64,000 nucleotides of DNA, from positions 68,135-132,134 of the forward strand of contig JAKBJL010000003.1 of the NCBI GenBank assembly GCA_021836035.1. Direction: 5' to 3'. The DNA comes from a bacterium. Its GTDB lineage: Bacteria > Patescibacteriota > Microgenomatia > JAMCZE01. The notes under the pieces were generated by a model. The model searched no databases, was not told the origin of the DNA, and saw nothing but the letters and a program-made list of their open reading frames with translations. The number at the start of each line of letters is the position of its first letter. Position 1 is the first letter of the stretch. Below, one piece after another: positions 39,489 through 49,498 of this stretch. The position numbers and the translations under genes were made by a program.

Positions 39489-40030
39489 TTATCGGTTTAA
39501 CAGGAACCTTATCGTCGGGTAAAGACACCATTGCGGAATTTTTAGTCAAAAAGGGATTTAAGCATATTTCCACCGGAGATATTGTCAGGGAAGATTTACA
39601 GAAATCCGGAGCAGAAACCAATCGAGAAACGCTGCAGCAGCGGGCTAATGAGCTGCGGCGGCAATACGGACCGGATTATTTGGCTAAGTCGGCACTTTCC
39701 CGGGCCCGCAATAATGCCGTGATTTCGGGGCTCCGTACTACCAGCGAAGTGGAAGCTTTGCGCCAGGCGTCCGGCGACGGGTTTGTTCTGCTCGCGGTTG
39801 ACGCGCCGGCCGGTTTAAGGTACTCGCGGGCAAAAGCGCGGGGGCGGATCGGCGACGAAATTACCCTGGAAAAATTTCTTAACCAGGAGGCAAGAGAAAT
39901 GCACGGTACCAGTCCTTACGAGCAGCAATTAGGGCAGGTTATGGCCCAAGCTAATGTAACTATTGAAAACGAAGGTTCCCAAGAAGATCTTTACCGAAAA
40001 ATTGAGGAGTTATTAAAACAATATGCCTAG
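39485..40030 (+). CDS. P-loop kinase (dephospho-CoA/nucleoside monophosphate kinase-like)
   Basis: IIGLTGTLSSGKDT, ISGLRT..EV, R..RAKARGR, IENEGS. Confidence 0.85.
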   Translation: MIIGLTGTLSSGKDTIAEFLVKKGFKHISTGDIVREDLQKSGAETNRETLQQRANELRRQYGPDYLAKSALSRARNNAVISGLRTTSEVEALRQASGDGFVLLAVDAPAGLRYSRAKARGRIGDEITLEKFLNQEAREMHGTSPYEQQLGQVMAQANVTIENEGSQEDLYRKIEELLKQYA

Positions 40031-40662
40031 CTCTCAAGGATACCGTGGCGATAAGCGTCCCCAATAAAACCGGGCGCATTGTTAATTAGAGCCAAATCAT
40101 TAACCAATTCCCCCATCTCATTTTCGGTAACTAATCCCACATGGGAGGGGGTTAGGTCATTTTTGCCGCCGTTTTCCTGCTGGGCGGTGATACCTACCAA
40201 AGCCAAGCCGGTTTTTCCCGGTTGCGGCGTTAACCATGTGACAATCAACCGAAGATATTCCGGCTCTCGATATAAATCTTGCCATGGATTCTCGGTAGGT
40301 AGGAAAAGGTTCTTACCTTCTGATTCAAAAGTGACACTGCGTTTTTTATCTTGCCGAAAGGACCATTGGTGCATTAAGGCTAAATCTTTTTGCCAAAGTT
40401 TCGCCAGGCGCTCCGTAAGAGGCGGCAATTGGCCCTCTTTCTTAATAATGTCAATTGTTTCCGTAAGCTTTATTCTTAGATCAGTCAGGGATAGTATCTC
40501 TTTCGTAAAGTCATCATTAAGATCCCATCCGGTGCGAATTAATTTGATAGAATAGCCCCTGGGGGGCAGTCTTCTTAAAGCATCATCAAATCCGGAGATA
40601 GGCTGTCCAAAAACTATTGGCGGTAGGGTTACTGGTGGTATTATTTCGGTACTTTGACCCAT
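40027..40662 (-). CDS. hypothetical protein
   Basis: 211-aa ORF filling the gap between flanking genes. Confidence 0.7.
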   Translation of the reverse strand: MGQSTEIIPPVTLPPIVFGQPISGFDDALRRLPPRGYSIKLIRTGWDLNDDFTKEILSLTDLRIKLTETIDIIKKEGQLPPLTERLAKLWQKDLALMHQWSFRQDKKRSVTFESEGKNLFLPTENPWQDLYREPEYLRLIVTWLTPQPGKTGLALVGITAQQENGGKNDLTPSHVGLVTENEMGELVNDLALINNAPGFIGDAYRHGILES

Positions 40663-40713
40663 CGGATGAGACTAACAAACTCGGGGGCAGGTTACAAGTA
40701 ATTGGAAATAGAT

Positions 40714-41190
40714 CTAAATATCACTGTCACTTCCCAAGCCTACTTCCGGGTATTCGCGCATATAAATCCCGACCAGTTCCGCCCGGGCGATTACGAGAGG
40801 GCTCATAGCGGTTTCGATTTCGTCGCGGGTGTCGCCGGAATTCATATCCAATTCACCGCTTAATGCGAAAAGCTGAAAACGATAATGATGTAAACCTTCG
40901 GGCGGACAAGGGGGAATAAAACCTAGAGTTCCGGTACTGTTTTGTCCTTCGATAGCACCTTTGGGTACCTGCCGTTCCCGGATCATCGTTGTTTGCGGAT
41001 CAATGTTTGCGACTACCCAATGGGTAAAGAGTCCTATCGGAGCGTCGGGGTCGTCCACAATAAGCGCCAGGCTTTTAGTATTTTCCGGAATATCGGCAAA
41101 TTCCAAAGGGGGATTGATCCCGTCACCATCGCAGGTATATTGGGGTGGAATAGATTCATAATTTTCAAAGGCGGGGCTGCTTATTTGCAT
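40714..41190 (-). CDS. YbhB/YbcL (PEBP) family protein
   Basis: YTCDG..INPPL, VDDPDAP, FTHWVV, PPCPP..HHYRF. Confidence 0.93.
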   Translation of the reverse strand: MQISSPAFENYESIPPQYTCDGDGINPPLEFADIPENTKSLALIVDDPDAPIGLFTHWVVANIDPQTTMIRERQVPKGAIEGQNSTGTLGFIPPCPPEGLHHYRFQLFALSGELDMNSGDTRDEIETAMSPLVIARAELVGIYMREYPEVGLGSDSDI

Positions 41191-41360
41191 GAGGGTAATG
41201 TAGACCGGGACGGTTAAAATAGTTTCGCAAAGTCGGTATTAATATTGTATGGCGAAGTTAATTTGTCTATCAAAAAATACCTCTTTCTACCCTCATACCT
41301 TACTCCAATTCAGTTCCTAAGCTCAAGGGATAGATTTTCTCCGGAAAGGTGGTGAATTAA

Positions 41361-41669
41361 ATGGCCGGAGAGTCTAAAGTAACGACGGATCATGAGGAGA
41401 TTAAAAAGTGGGCAGAAGAAAGAAGGGGTGTCCCGGTATTGGATAAAGAAGCAGAAACCGGGAAAGGGAAAATCGGCACCTTACAAATATGCTTTCCCGA
41501 TTATAATGTTGCCGGGAAAAATAAGTTAGAGGAGATTTCTTGGGAAGAATTTTTTGAAACTTTCGATGACAATGGGTTATTATTTGTATATCGTGACCTG
41601 ACCAGCGACGGTGAGCGGAGCCGCTTTTTTAAGCTTATCCGCCTGGAATGGGTGCCTTATGATGTTTAA
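41361..41669 (+). CDS. conserved hypothetical protein (TTDHxEIxxWAEER type)
   Basis: TTDHEEIKKWAEER, ISWEEFFETFD, SRFFKL; strong SD AAAGGTGGTG. Confidence 0.8.
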   Translation: MAGESKVTTDHEEIKKWAEERRGVPVLDKEAETGKGKIGTLQICFPDYNVAGKNKLEEISWEEFFETFDDNGLLFVYRDLTSDGERSRFFKLIRLEWVPYDV

Positions 41670-42303
41670 AGACCGGCGCAGCGCCGGAATCCGCCTGGCC
41701 CAACTTTTGCTTCCTTTTAAGGACTGCCGTCCGGTAATTTTAGCTCTGCCCCGGGGGGGAGTTCCCGTAGCCTATGAAGTTGCCCAAGCTTTGCAGGTGC
41801 CCCTGCAGGTTTTTGTTGTCCGCAAGATTGGAGCACCCGGACATGAAGAATTAGGAATCGGAGCGTTGGCGGAGGGAGGCATAAAGATTTTGGATGAACA
41901 GCTGATTAATCATCTGGCTGTTACTCCGGACGAGCTTAAGAATACTATCAATAGAGAGGGCCGGGAGTTGAAGCGGCGGGTAAAAGATTATCGCGGAAAG
42001 AATTTTACGCTCGATTTGCAGGGACGAACGGTGATTATTATTGACGACGGATTAGCGACCGGATTTAGTGCCAGGGCAGCGTTAGAAGCCGTTAGGAGGA
42101 AACAACCCGCCGAAATAATTTTAGCCTCTCCGGTTTGTCCCCGGGATACGGCGGAAACTTTAAGCCGACTTACCGATAGGGTGGTTTGCCTTGCCGAATC
42201 TTCGGAATTCGCTTCCGTCGGTTCCTGGTATGAAGATTTTTCCCAGGTTACGGATGAAGAAGTCAAAAAGGATATCGTGAAAAGCAGGTTAGCTGAGGGT
42301 TAA
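41662..42303 (+). CDS. phosphoribosyltransferase-like protein
   Basis: FKDRRSAG, LALPRGGVPVA, RKIGAPG.EE, IIIDDGLATG, VGSWYEDF.QV. Confidence 0.92.
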   Translation: MFKDRRSAGIRLAQLLLPFKDCRPVILALPRGGVPVAYEVAQALQVPLQVFVVRKIGAPGHEELGIGALAEGGIKILDEQLINHLAVTPDELKNTINREGRELKRRVKDYRGKNFTLDLQGRTVIIIDDGLATGFSARAALEAVRRKQPAEIILASPVCPRDTAETLSRLTDRVVCLAESSEFASVGSWYEDFSQVTDEEVKKDIVKSRLAEG

Positions 42304-42408
42304 TAAGCAAGGCCTAAAGGAACTACTAAATGTTAAACTGCCACGTTTCCCTATAGTACGTAGATTAGGAAATATAGTAATGGTAAATTTAGCGATTTTT
42401 ATTTCAAT

Positions 42409-43653
42409 TTACTTATGCAGGAAGAGGACGACGTTAGGGAGATTGCGGCCGGGGCCGGTTTTGTAGCCCCCGGACCAGAGTGCGGTTGATCCGCCGTCGT
42501 CAAGATTGAGTGCGTTGGCTAATCCTAAGGCTGCAAGCGTCGCCGCTGATTCCGCCATGGTACAGTTATAAACCACGCCGATATAAACCGTATTACCGCC
42601 GCCGGCAACAAAAGCACGGTTGCCTTTTGCGGTAAATTTCGGATCATCGCTTCCGCCGAAGATATTTTTCCCGTCGCGGACCAGGAGAGGAAAATTGGAA
42701 ATGACGGCGTCCACTCCGGTATCGCGTCCCCAGTCGGAAGCGTGTTCCATAAAACGGACGGTATTCCCGTAAAAGGCTACCGCGGGATTATTACTATAAA
42801 CGTTGTTGTCGGAATTAAGGTATTTCTTATTTTTATTCATTACGAGAAGATCAAAAGAATTAGTTTTTCCCGCGCAGGAGGGATAAGTTGCTGGACAAAA
42901 ATAGGTACCGTTAACGCCGGCGAACGCTCCGCTCCGGCTGACATAGTCCGCTAAGGCCAAAACCGGACAATCGTTGCGGCAATCACTGTCGGAAGCGGTA
43001 TCGACAGCTACCCGGGTAGAGTTTAGATCAGCGGCAATAATATCGACGGTAAAGCTCCCTTTATCGCTTTGTACTGACTGCCGTCGGTAGCCGGAAACGG
43101 GAGGGGTATTTTCCCGGGGGAGATTAACTGCGGGTACTGCCGCGGCTGTAATTTTAGCCTTTTCTTGACTGATAAAATCCGTCATTTCGCGGATTTTCGT
43201 ATCGGCTTCGGCATACCTTTGGTTAGCCAACAGCTGCAGCGATTCGGCAAATAGTTTATCGGCCCGACCGGTGTTCGAGGAATTTATTTTCAGGTCCGCC
43301 AATTGCTCATAAGCAGACGCCGCTTGCTTGTAGGTCGTTTCAATATTTTTAATTTTTTCTTGCTGTTCCTGGTTGATCTTATATTGGTCTTCATTTTGTA
43401 GAAGAGATAGTTCGCTTCGGGCTTTTTCCAAATCTTTTTGCAGATTGGTTTTAGCAATCGTATTTTGCTGCGTCTGAGATTGGAGAAGTAAAATTTGATA
43501 AACAAGAAAACCGGAAGCGGCTACCGTAAAAAGAATTAGGAGAACAGCCACTGCGGTGATATAAATTTTGCCGCGGGGCAGATGGGCAAGTTGGGGCAAT
43601 TTCACTGCCAACATTTTAGCACTTTTCGTTGGCTTCTTGCCCTTCACATACAT
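42409..43653 (-). CDS. membrane-anchored phosphodiester glycosidase (NAGPA/DUF2233) family protein
   Basis: TM and coiled coil; GVNGTYF, NRAFV, ALNLDDGGST, GRNLPN. Confidence 0.85.
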   Translation of the reverse strand: MYVKGKKPTKSAKMLAVKLPQLAHLPRGKIYITAVAVLLILFTVAASGFLVYQILLLQSQTQQNTIAKTNLQKDLEKARSELSLLQNEDQYKINQEQQEKIKNIETTYKQAASAYEQLADLKINSSNTGRADKLFAESLQLLANQRYAEADTKIREMTDFISQEKAKITAAAVPAVNLPRENTPPVSGYRRQSVQSDKGSFTVDIIAADLNSTRVAVDTASDSDCRNDCPVLALADYVSRSGAFAGVNGTYFCPATYPSCAGKTNSFDLLVMNKNKKYLNSDNNVYSNNPAVAFYGNTVRFMEHASDWGRDTGVDAVISNFPLLVRDGKNIFGGSDDPKFTAKGNRAFVAGGGNTVYIGVVYNCTMAESAATLAALGLANALNLDDGGSTALWSGGYKTGPGRNLPNVVLFLHK

Positions 43654-43712
43654 CTTTATATTTTGATATATACCTGCAAAAAGTAGCATCGGCGGCAGGG
43701 AGGTGAGGAATT

Positions 43713-43901
43713 ATGGCAGATAAAGACGGAAACCAAAAATCCGCAAAAGATGCAGCTTTTGGCTGTCCTGTTTGCGGATTTACCAGCGATTCGGCGGAAG
43801 AAATTCGCAAGCATATGGAAAAGATGGCTGACGATCCCGCGCATCAGGAATATGAAATGAAAGAGGAAACGGAAGAGGAAAATGTAGGCAAACCGGTTTA
43901 A
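43713..43901 (+). CDS. small C2H2-type zinc-finger protein
   Basis: CPVCGF......RKHM......H; SD GGAGGTGA. Confidence 0.7.
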   Translation: MADKDGNQKSAKDAAFGCPVCGFTSDSAEEIRKHMEKMADDPAHQEYEMKEETEEENVGKPV

Positions 43902-43971
43902 AGGCCAGCCGCAGTACCAAAGCGTAGGATAAGGATTAATCTTAAACCGCCCATGCGTTAAAATAGACGTC

Positions 43972-44901
43972 ATGGGTGATTTTTTCCTGGGGCTTTTTTC
44001 CTCTGTCGTTTTGTTAGTTAATCAAGTAGTTCCCTTAAATTCCCACCCCCGATTTTTTTCTCCCGTTCCGGAAAACTATGTACCCCGTCCGCAGTCTCCG
44101 GTAGCAAACCTTCTGACCTTGGCCCAACGGCGGAGTGCGAATTCGGAAGTGTTGGGCAAACTAATCAGCACTTCACTTGCAGGAACTAAAGGGGAATATG
44201 CCCTGGTAATTAAAAATTTTGCAACCGGGGAAAAATATGCCCTAAACGATCATGAGCCAATGAACGCCGCCAGCCTTTATAAGGTTTGGGTAATGACGGC
44301 GGTTTACGAGAAAATCAAAAGCGGAGAGCTCCCCGAGGATAAAGTTTTATCGGCGGGGATTCCGGAATTGAACCGTTATTTCGGTCTCAGCGACGAGGAG
44401 GCGGGATTAACTGAGGGAGGGATTACTTTAACGGTCACGCAAGCTTTAAACCAAATGATTACCATTTCCCATAATTATGCGGCGATGCTTTTGGTCAAGG
44501 AAATAGGCGGCTCCGGGGTTATCGAAAATTTACTGGACCGTTACGGTTTGAAAGAATCCAGTTTTCGTGGGACGCCGAAAACTACCGCGGCGGATATGGC
44601 CCTCTACTTTGAAAAACTTTACCATAATGAACTAATTGACGAGGGGTATTCCCGTAAAATGAAGGACCTGCTTTCGCGCAACCAGTTAAATGAGGGACTG
44701 CCGAAATATCTGCCCGGAGGGGTAATGATTTCCCATAAAACCGGGGAGCTTGGGACATTTAAACACGACGCGGGGATTGTTTCCACACCTAATGAGGATT
44801 ATATGATTATCGTTATGACCAATACCTGGTCGGCGTACGGAGCGGAAGAGAGAACGGCGCAGCTATCCCGGGATATTTATAACTATTTTGACCGGCCGTA
44901 G
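43972..44901 (+). CDS. class A beta-lactamase-related serine hydrolase
   Basis: AASLYK (SxxK), SHN, HKTG, HDAGIV. Confidence 0.88.
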   Translation: MGDFFLGLFSSVVLLVNQVVPLNSHPRFFSPVPENYVPRPQSPVANLLTLAQRRSANSEVLGKLISTSLAGTKGEYALVIKNFATGEKYALNDHEPMNAASLYKVWVMTAVYEKIKSGELPEDKVLSAGIPELNRYFGLSDEEAGLTEGGITLTVTQALNQMITISHNYAAMLLVKEIGGSGVIENLLDRYGLKESSFRGTPKTTAADMALYFEKLYHNELIDEGYSRKMKDLLSRNQLNEGLPKYLPGGVMISHKTGELGTFKHDAGIVSTPNEDYMIIVMTNTWSAYGAEERTAQLSRDIYNYFDRP

Positions 44902-45201
44902 ATTACGGGACTTTTTACAATATTTAAAGACTCCTTCAAATATCGGCCAATTTATATCATGGTATTTAGCTCCCGGAATATCGTTACCAATGCTGGGACT
45001 AGCCATGTCGAAAACATCAGCATGAGTTTCTCCTTTAGCTGCCTCTCTTAATAAAAGCGTTTTAATTCCTGTCGTAATTTGCCTTATTTCCAGCCGGTCC
45101 AATTTAGCCCGTTTTCTTTCCCGCGCAGCTTGCCTTCGCCGTTCCAGTCGGTCAGATTTTTGTTCAGTCTTCCGGCTTATTTTATTTAATTTCTCCAGCA
45201 T
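44863..45201 (-). CDS. hypothetical protein (possibly truncated)
   Basis: 112-aa basic ORF overlapping the convergent gene end. Confidence 0.5.
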   Translation of the reverse strand: MLEKLNKISRKTEQKSDRLERRRQAARERKRAKLDRLEIRQITTGIKTLLLREAAKGETHADVFDMASPSIGNDIPGAKYHDINWPIFEGVFKYCKKSRNLRPVKIVINIPG

Positions 45202-45295
45202 TATAGGCCGAGTATGGCATAATTGGTTGTCGGGACAAGGTGGGGGATTCGGAAAGTAGAGGGAAAATTCGGTAGAACCGTTTATAATAAGTGAA

Positions 45296-45751
45296 ATGGC
45301 GGTGGAGCGATACCGGAGGGAGTTAACGAGGGCTATGGAGGAAGAAATCCTTTCCGGTGTTATGGAAAAGGAAGGATTTGCCGAAAGTTATCGATTTTAT
45401 AGTATTCATACTTATTCCGCCACGGGTATAGAAACCGGATATCTAAAATCCTTCTTTAAAATAATCCGGGTACTACCGCCGTTTAGCAACAACTTTGTAG
45501 AAAAGGAAAGATTTGTCCGGCTAGGGGATATTAAAGTGGAAAAAGCTTTCCGGCGGCAGGGATTGGCGACGAAAATGATCGGGGAAATGGAAAGAGTCGC
45601 CCGGAACTTCCGGGCCTCTCGGATTGAGGGTCAGATAACTCCGGGCGACAGATGGTTAAATCCCTGGCTCCCGGAGATGTATCGTAAATTAGGCTTTCGG
45701 GTTGAAGAAGCCCGGGGCGCCTGGCCAATTATTAAACCCCTGGAGGAATAA
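45296..45751 (+). CDS. GNAT family acetyltransferase
   Basis: DIKVEKAFRRQGLATKM (motif A), MYRKLGF. Confidence 0.88.
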   Translation: MAVERYRRELTRAMEEEILSGVMEKEGFAESYRFYSIHTYSATGIETGYLKSFFKIIRVLPPFSNNFVEKERFVRLGDIKVEKAFRRQGLATKMIGEMERVARNFRASRIEGQITPGDRWLNPWLPEMYRKLGFRVEEARGAWPIIKPLEE

Positions 45752-45851
45752 TAATTTTTCCTCCCCGAAATTAATTTTACCCGGAGAGTGATAATATTTC
45801 CCATTTTTAATTTAAGGAGAGTTTTCGGAAACAAAAAGCTATAATAGAAAT

Positions 45852-46160
45852 ATGGACGCTAATCAAACCGTGGTTACGGAAAGTCCTCGGGAGGACCGGT
45901 TAGGGAAAAACCGGACAATTTATGACGCCGGAGCGGGAGAAATATTCTGGAAGAATTTCCTCGCCGGGATATCGCGGGGGATCGGCTCGGTATTTATTTA
46001 TCTTCTAGTTCTTCTCGGCTCGACGATCCTTTTTTACCATTTGTTCTGGCCGAAAATCGCCCCGTTATTAAATACCATTAATAATCTTAACGGTTTAATG
46101 CAGAACGGACAAAACACCCAGCAGAACTTACAAAACTCCCTCAACATTCTTAAACCCTAG
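45852..46160 (+). CDS. small membrane protein (DUF5665-like)
   Basis: IFWKNFLAGISRGIG followed by a TM helix. Confidence 0.7.
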   Translation: MDANQTVVTESPREDRLGKNRTIYDAGAGEIFWKNFLAGISRGIGSVFIYLLVLLGSTILFYHLFWPKIAPLLNTINNLNGLMQNGQNTQQNLQNSLNILKP

Positions 46161-46216
46161 AAAAGTCTTCGGTATTCCTTCTTGCGAATTTATTAGGAAA
46201 AATTTAATAATAGGAG

Positions 46217-46627
46217 TTGATGGGCAGCCAGGAATTTTTAATTAAGCTAAAAGAGATACATGGCCATAAAAAAAACTCTCCACCCCCTAAAAGTCGATTT
46301 TGTATTAATCCCTCCGCGGGAGAAATTTATCTAGCTCAAGACCTCTCTTCGGCCCCAAATTCATCGCCGTCCCGTAATATTGTTGGCAGATACATTGAGG
46401 AACAACTTTGGCGCTTTGAAGAGGAAGAGGAAAGAAAAAACGCGGAAATTACTTTAACGGCGCAGGAGAGTGAGGATGAAGATACAAACGAAGAGCGGGA
46501 GTGCCGGCGAAATAAATACCCCGAAAAATTTTTTCGTTCACCGCGCCATAAAGAAAAACAGGCCCTCAATAGCGAAATTAAAAAATTAGGCCGTAGACAC
46601 CGGGTTAATATCACGGCGGAGTATTAA
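46217..46627 (+). CDS. hypothetical protein
   Basis: 136-aa charged ORF. Confidence 0.6.
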   Translation: MMGSQEFLIKLKEIHGHKKNSPPPKSRFCINPSAGEIYLAQDLSSAPNSSPSRNIVGRYIEEQLWRFEEEEERKNAEITLTAQESEDEDTNEERECRRNKYPEKFFRSPRHKEKQALNSEIKKLGRRHRVNITAEY

Positions 46628-46652
46628 GAGGATACGGAAACCGCGGGAGGGG

Positions 46653-47810
46653 TTAAGGGTTAGCGGGGAAAGAACCGTCAGGGTTGGGGCGTAAGACGAG
46701 AACGGAACCGTCACCGGACCAGGAAATCAACTGCTCGGAATTAATTGTCACTACAGTTCGGCCGCCGGAGCACTTATCTACCGGCAAAAATTCTAAAACA
46801 ACCTTTTCGCCGTTTTTGCTGTTCCAAAGGACCAGGTCCTGAGTTTTGTCGATTACCCAAAAATTGCCGGAAGTTTCCCGGGTATGCATACCGGCTAATT
46901 CATCAACGGTTTTCTTATTTTGTTCATAACCGCCTTTTTCCGATGCCAAAACTTTGGCCCAAGCGTCGGGAGTATAAGCCTGAATGACGTCTTCCCCTAA
47001 GTTTTGAACTTCAACCAAGGGAGAGGTGCAGGGATTAACCGGAGTCAGGGTTTCCTTGTGAACCGGTACGGGCGGTGTAGGTGAGGGATAGACCGGTGGC
47101 GTTTCCGGCGGATTGGTCGGCGTCGCGGTTACACCGGGAATAGGCGTTTCCGTACCGCGCTGTAGGGTCGGAGTTACCTCCGGGGTCTCGGTAGGAACCT
47201 CGGTCGGCGAAATAGTTGGTGTTTCTTTCGGTGGTTGGGTTGGTGTTTCCGAAGGAAGTTTTTTTACGCAACCATTGCCGTTATTATCGTCAATGGCACC
47301 GACGGCTCTATCCCAGGGATTGCCGCAGCCATTATTTCCGTCTACGGAGCCGCCGTCATTTTTACCGTTGCCGTTAGGATCGGCGTTGTTGCGGTCGTTA
47401 TCCGTACGGCCATTGCTATTGCCGGGATTAGCGGTTGCCATCGGATCTATCGCTTCGGATTTTGCCGAGGAGGGATTTACCCGGTTAGAAGGCTTTTCGG
47501 AATTATTATTTCCACCCGCAAAATTATTATTAACGGGATTATTTTTTTCGGGAACTGATGGCGCAACCGGGGGAACGGGACTAGCGGGTCGACTTTCCGA
47601 GGTAGCAGCGGCCGGAGGATTATAAACCTCGGTTTTTTTCTGTGGTTGCGGGGTTTTAGTTGCTGGCTTTTCCGCAATTGCCGACGGAGCGTCTATAAGG
47701 TTGATCGAGCTAAAAACCAGGAGTGCAGCAAAAATCTTACCGCGGTTATGAATAAGAGCTTCCTTGGCGCCTTTCCAGGTTTTACTTGCAAATACTTCAG
47801 ATTTGACCAT
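46653..47810 (-). CDS. secreted/surface protein with Asn/Gly-rich and Pro/Thr-rich low-complexity regions
   Basis: Signal-like segment, DGNNGCGN...DDNNGNGC, TPT/PTE repeats. Confidence 0.8.
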   Translation of the reverse strand: MVKSEVFASKTWKGAKEALIHNRGKIFAALLVFSSINLIDAPSAIAEKPATKTPQPQKKTEVYNPPAAATSESRPASPVPPVAPSVPEKNNPVNNNFAGGNNNSEKPSNRVNPSSAKSEAIDPMATANPGNSNGRTDNDRNNADPNGNGKNDGGSVDGNNGCGNPWDRAVGAIDDNNGNGCVKKLPSETPTQPPKETPTISPTEVPTETPEVTPTLQRGTETPIPGVTATPTNPPETPPVYPSPTPPVPVHKETLTPVNPCTSPLVEVQNLGEDVIQAYTPDAWAKVLASEKGGYEQNKKTVDELAGMHTRETSGNFWVIDKTQDLVLWNSKNGEKVVLEFLPVDKCSGGRTVVTINSEQLISWSGDGSVLVLRPNPDGSFPANP

Positions 47811-47868
47811 GCGTTACCGATTTTACATGTCTTTGCGCATAGAAGCAAGTCGGGAATGGTAGAAATTT

Positions 47869-48084
47869 TTAGATTGGTTTGCCGGGGGTGCGGTCGGGCA
47901 AGCGGAATTTTTTGAGAATAATTTCCCTGTGCTGGTGGGGAACGGTGACGGCCCGGGCTGACAGGATTTTGCTGACATAAACACCTGAAAGAAAAGCCAG
48001 CGAAAACAACGCGATCCGCCGAAGGGTAATTCTTTTTTTGCTTTTTTCGGACCCGGCCTGTGTTTCCTGTTCACGATTGTTCAT
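47869..48084 (-). CDS. small membrane protein
   Basis: Basic N-terminus and one TM; TAAAAT 8 nt before ATG. Confidence 0.5.
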   Translation of the reverse strand: MNNREQETQAGSEKSKKRITLRRIALFSLAFLSGVYVSKILSARAVTVPHQHREIILKKFRLPDRTPGKPI

Positions 48085-48128
48085 AGCAAGGGATTTTAAT
48101 ACGATCCGTCAATTTTGTCACGGGGGGT

Positions 48129-48770
48129 TTATTTCGTAAGACAAGCGAGGACGACAATGCCGTAGCGGGAATCTTTTTTGCCAACTAAAACAAGTTCCTG
48201 CAGTTGTTGCCAATCGGTTATTTCCTCTATAACTTCCTTATGGGAAAAAGCCTCTTCAGCCTCAGCGTCGTTAATAATTTCTTTGTTTAGAAGCAGATTG
48301 AGATAATCTCCGGCGTTTCCCTGGTAGTTAGTAATAGTCATACAAAGGGAGCGGAGGAATAAGCGACGGGTTTCTGGGCGCCGGGCGGCTTCCTCAATAT
48401 CTACTTTTCCCAGGACATTTTTTTGTTCGGGACTTAAAAGCTCGTATTTTGCTTTTTTCATAAAAGAAATACTGGCAACGGGAGAGGAAAGAATCATCGC
48501 GGGGTAATATTGCTGCAGGTCTTCCAAGGCCGTATCGGTATCCAGCCAACCGTCTGTGGCCAGCTGAATCCACGGGGTCTTTTCGAGGGAAGAATGCGTT
48601 ACATGGGTAATAAATAAAGGGAAGCGCTTGTTTCCTTCCGCGAATTTTCCCATTGCGTAACCCGTTGTAAATTGGCGGTAATAGTCCCTTTCCTGACGGA
48701 CGGTAGTAAGTTTGGTAGCCAAGTTGACCGGTATTAAATGTCCTTCAGCAAATTTCAGCTCGCGTTCCAT
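48129..48770 (-). CDS. ASCH/PUA-like domain protein with C-terminal extension
   Basis: LKF...KLTTVR...ITHV...LATDGW...LEDLQQYYP...PVASISF matches the ASCH pattern. Confidence 0.7.
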   Translation of the reverse strand: MERELKFAEGHLIPVNLATKLTTVRQERDYYRQFTTGYAMGKFAEGNKRFPLFITHVTHSSLEKTPWIQLATDGWLDTDTALEDLQQYYPAMILSSPVASISFMKKAKYELLSPEQKNVLGKVDIEEAARRPETRRLFLRSLCMTITNYQGNAGDYLNLLLNKEIINDAEAEEAFSHKEVIEEITDWQQLQELVLVGKKDSRYGIVVLACLTK

Positions 48771-48927
48771 ATCCGGATTTAACTATAGGAGATCCGGTTA
48801 GTCAAGAAGAAATTGAGAAATGAGAAATTAAATTACGAAATTTTACAGTAGAAGGGAACTCATCATACTAGAAATTTGCCAATTTAGGGAGATTGGTCCA
48901 CAATACGTTAATAGACTACGGGATAGC

Positions 48928-49410
48928 ATGACGACGAAAATTAAAGGTATTGAGTGCGAACCCACCTGGCGGGGAAGGTTTAGAGATATTTTAGGGGACA
49001 TTGCAGGCTCTTCGGAGGGCAACCACAAATTAAAGCCGGTAGATATGACAATTGACTACCGGAATGCTAAGGGGAGAAGACCGACGGTACCCGACGCCTT
49101 AGCGGAGGCAACCTCCGTTCGTTCCTGGCACGAAATTTACGCGCGCAAAGTACGGGAATGGGCTCGGCCGAAAATCGCCAGAATTCAGTTGGGGGAATTT
49201 AGGGAAGAAGCGATTATCGTCGAGGACGACCGTAATTTCGCTAACGTTTATCACCCGGATAAGATACATGTTTCCGTAAACGGGATAGTAAAGACAGAGC
49301 CGCGGGTGAAGATTATTGTGGGGGAGATCGCGGAAGCAAAAGTTGTCGGCCACGAACATTTGGGAAAAGTGACGGTAGAATTTGTTAAAAGTAGAAGGAA
49401 AAATAAATAA
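48928..49410 (+). CDS. hypothetical protein
   Basis: 160-aa ORF. Confidence 0.7.
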   Translation: MTTKIKGIECEPTWRGRFRDILGDIAGSSEGNHKLKPVDMTIDYRNAKGRRPTVPDALAEATSVRSWHEIYARKVREWARPKIARIQLGEFREEAIIVEDDRNFANVYHPDKIHVSVNGIVKTEPRVKIIVGEIAEAKVVGHEHLGKVTVEFVKSRRKNK

Positions 49411-49498
49411 TTCAGTAAACCAGTAAATCAGTAAAACAATAAATTAGTACTAAGAAGCAATAAACATTAAAGCAAAAAAAATTAAATATTTAATAACT

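Noticed and set aside
43972-44901. Antibiotic-resistance beta-lactamase
   Set aside because: SxxK and KTG are present, but it has SHN and no evident omega-loop ExxLN; more likely a cell-wall peptidase-like hydrolase.
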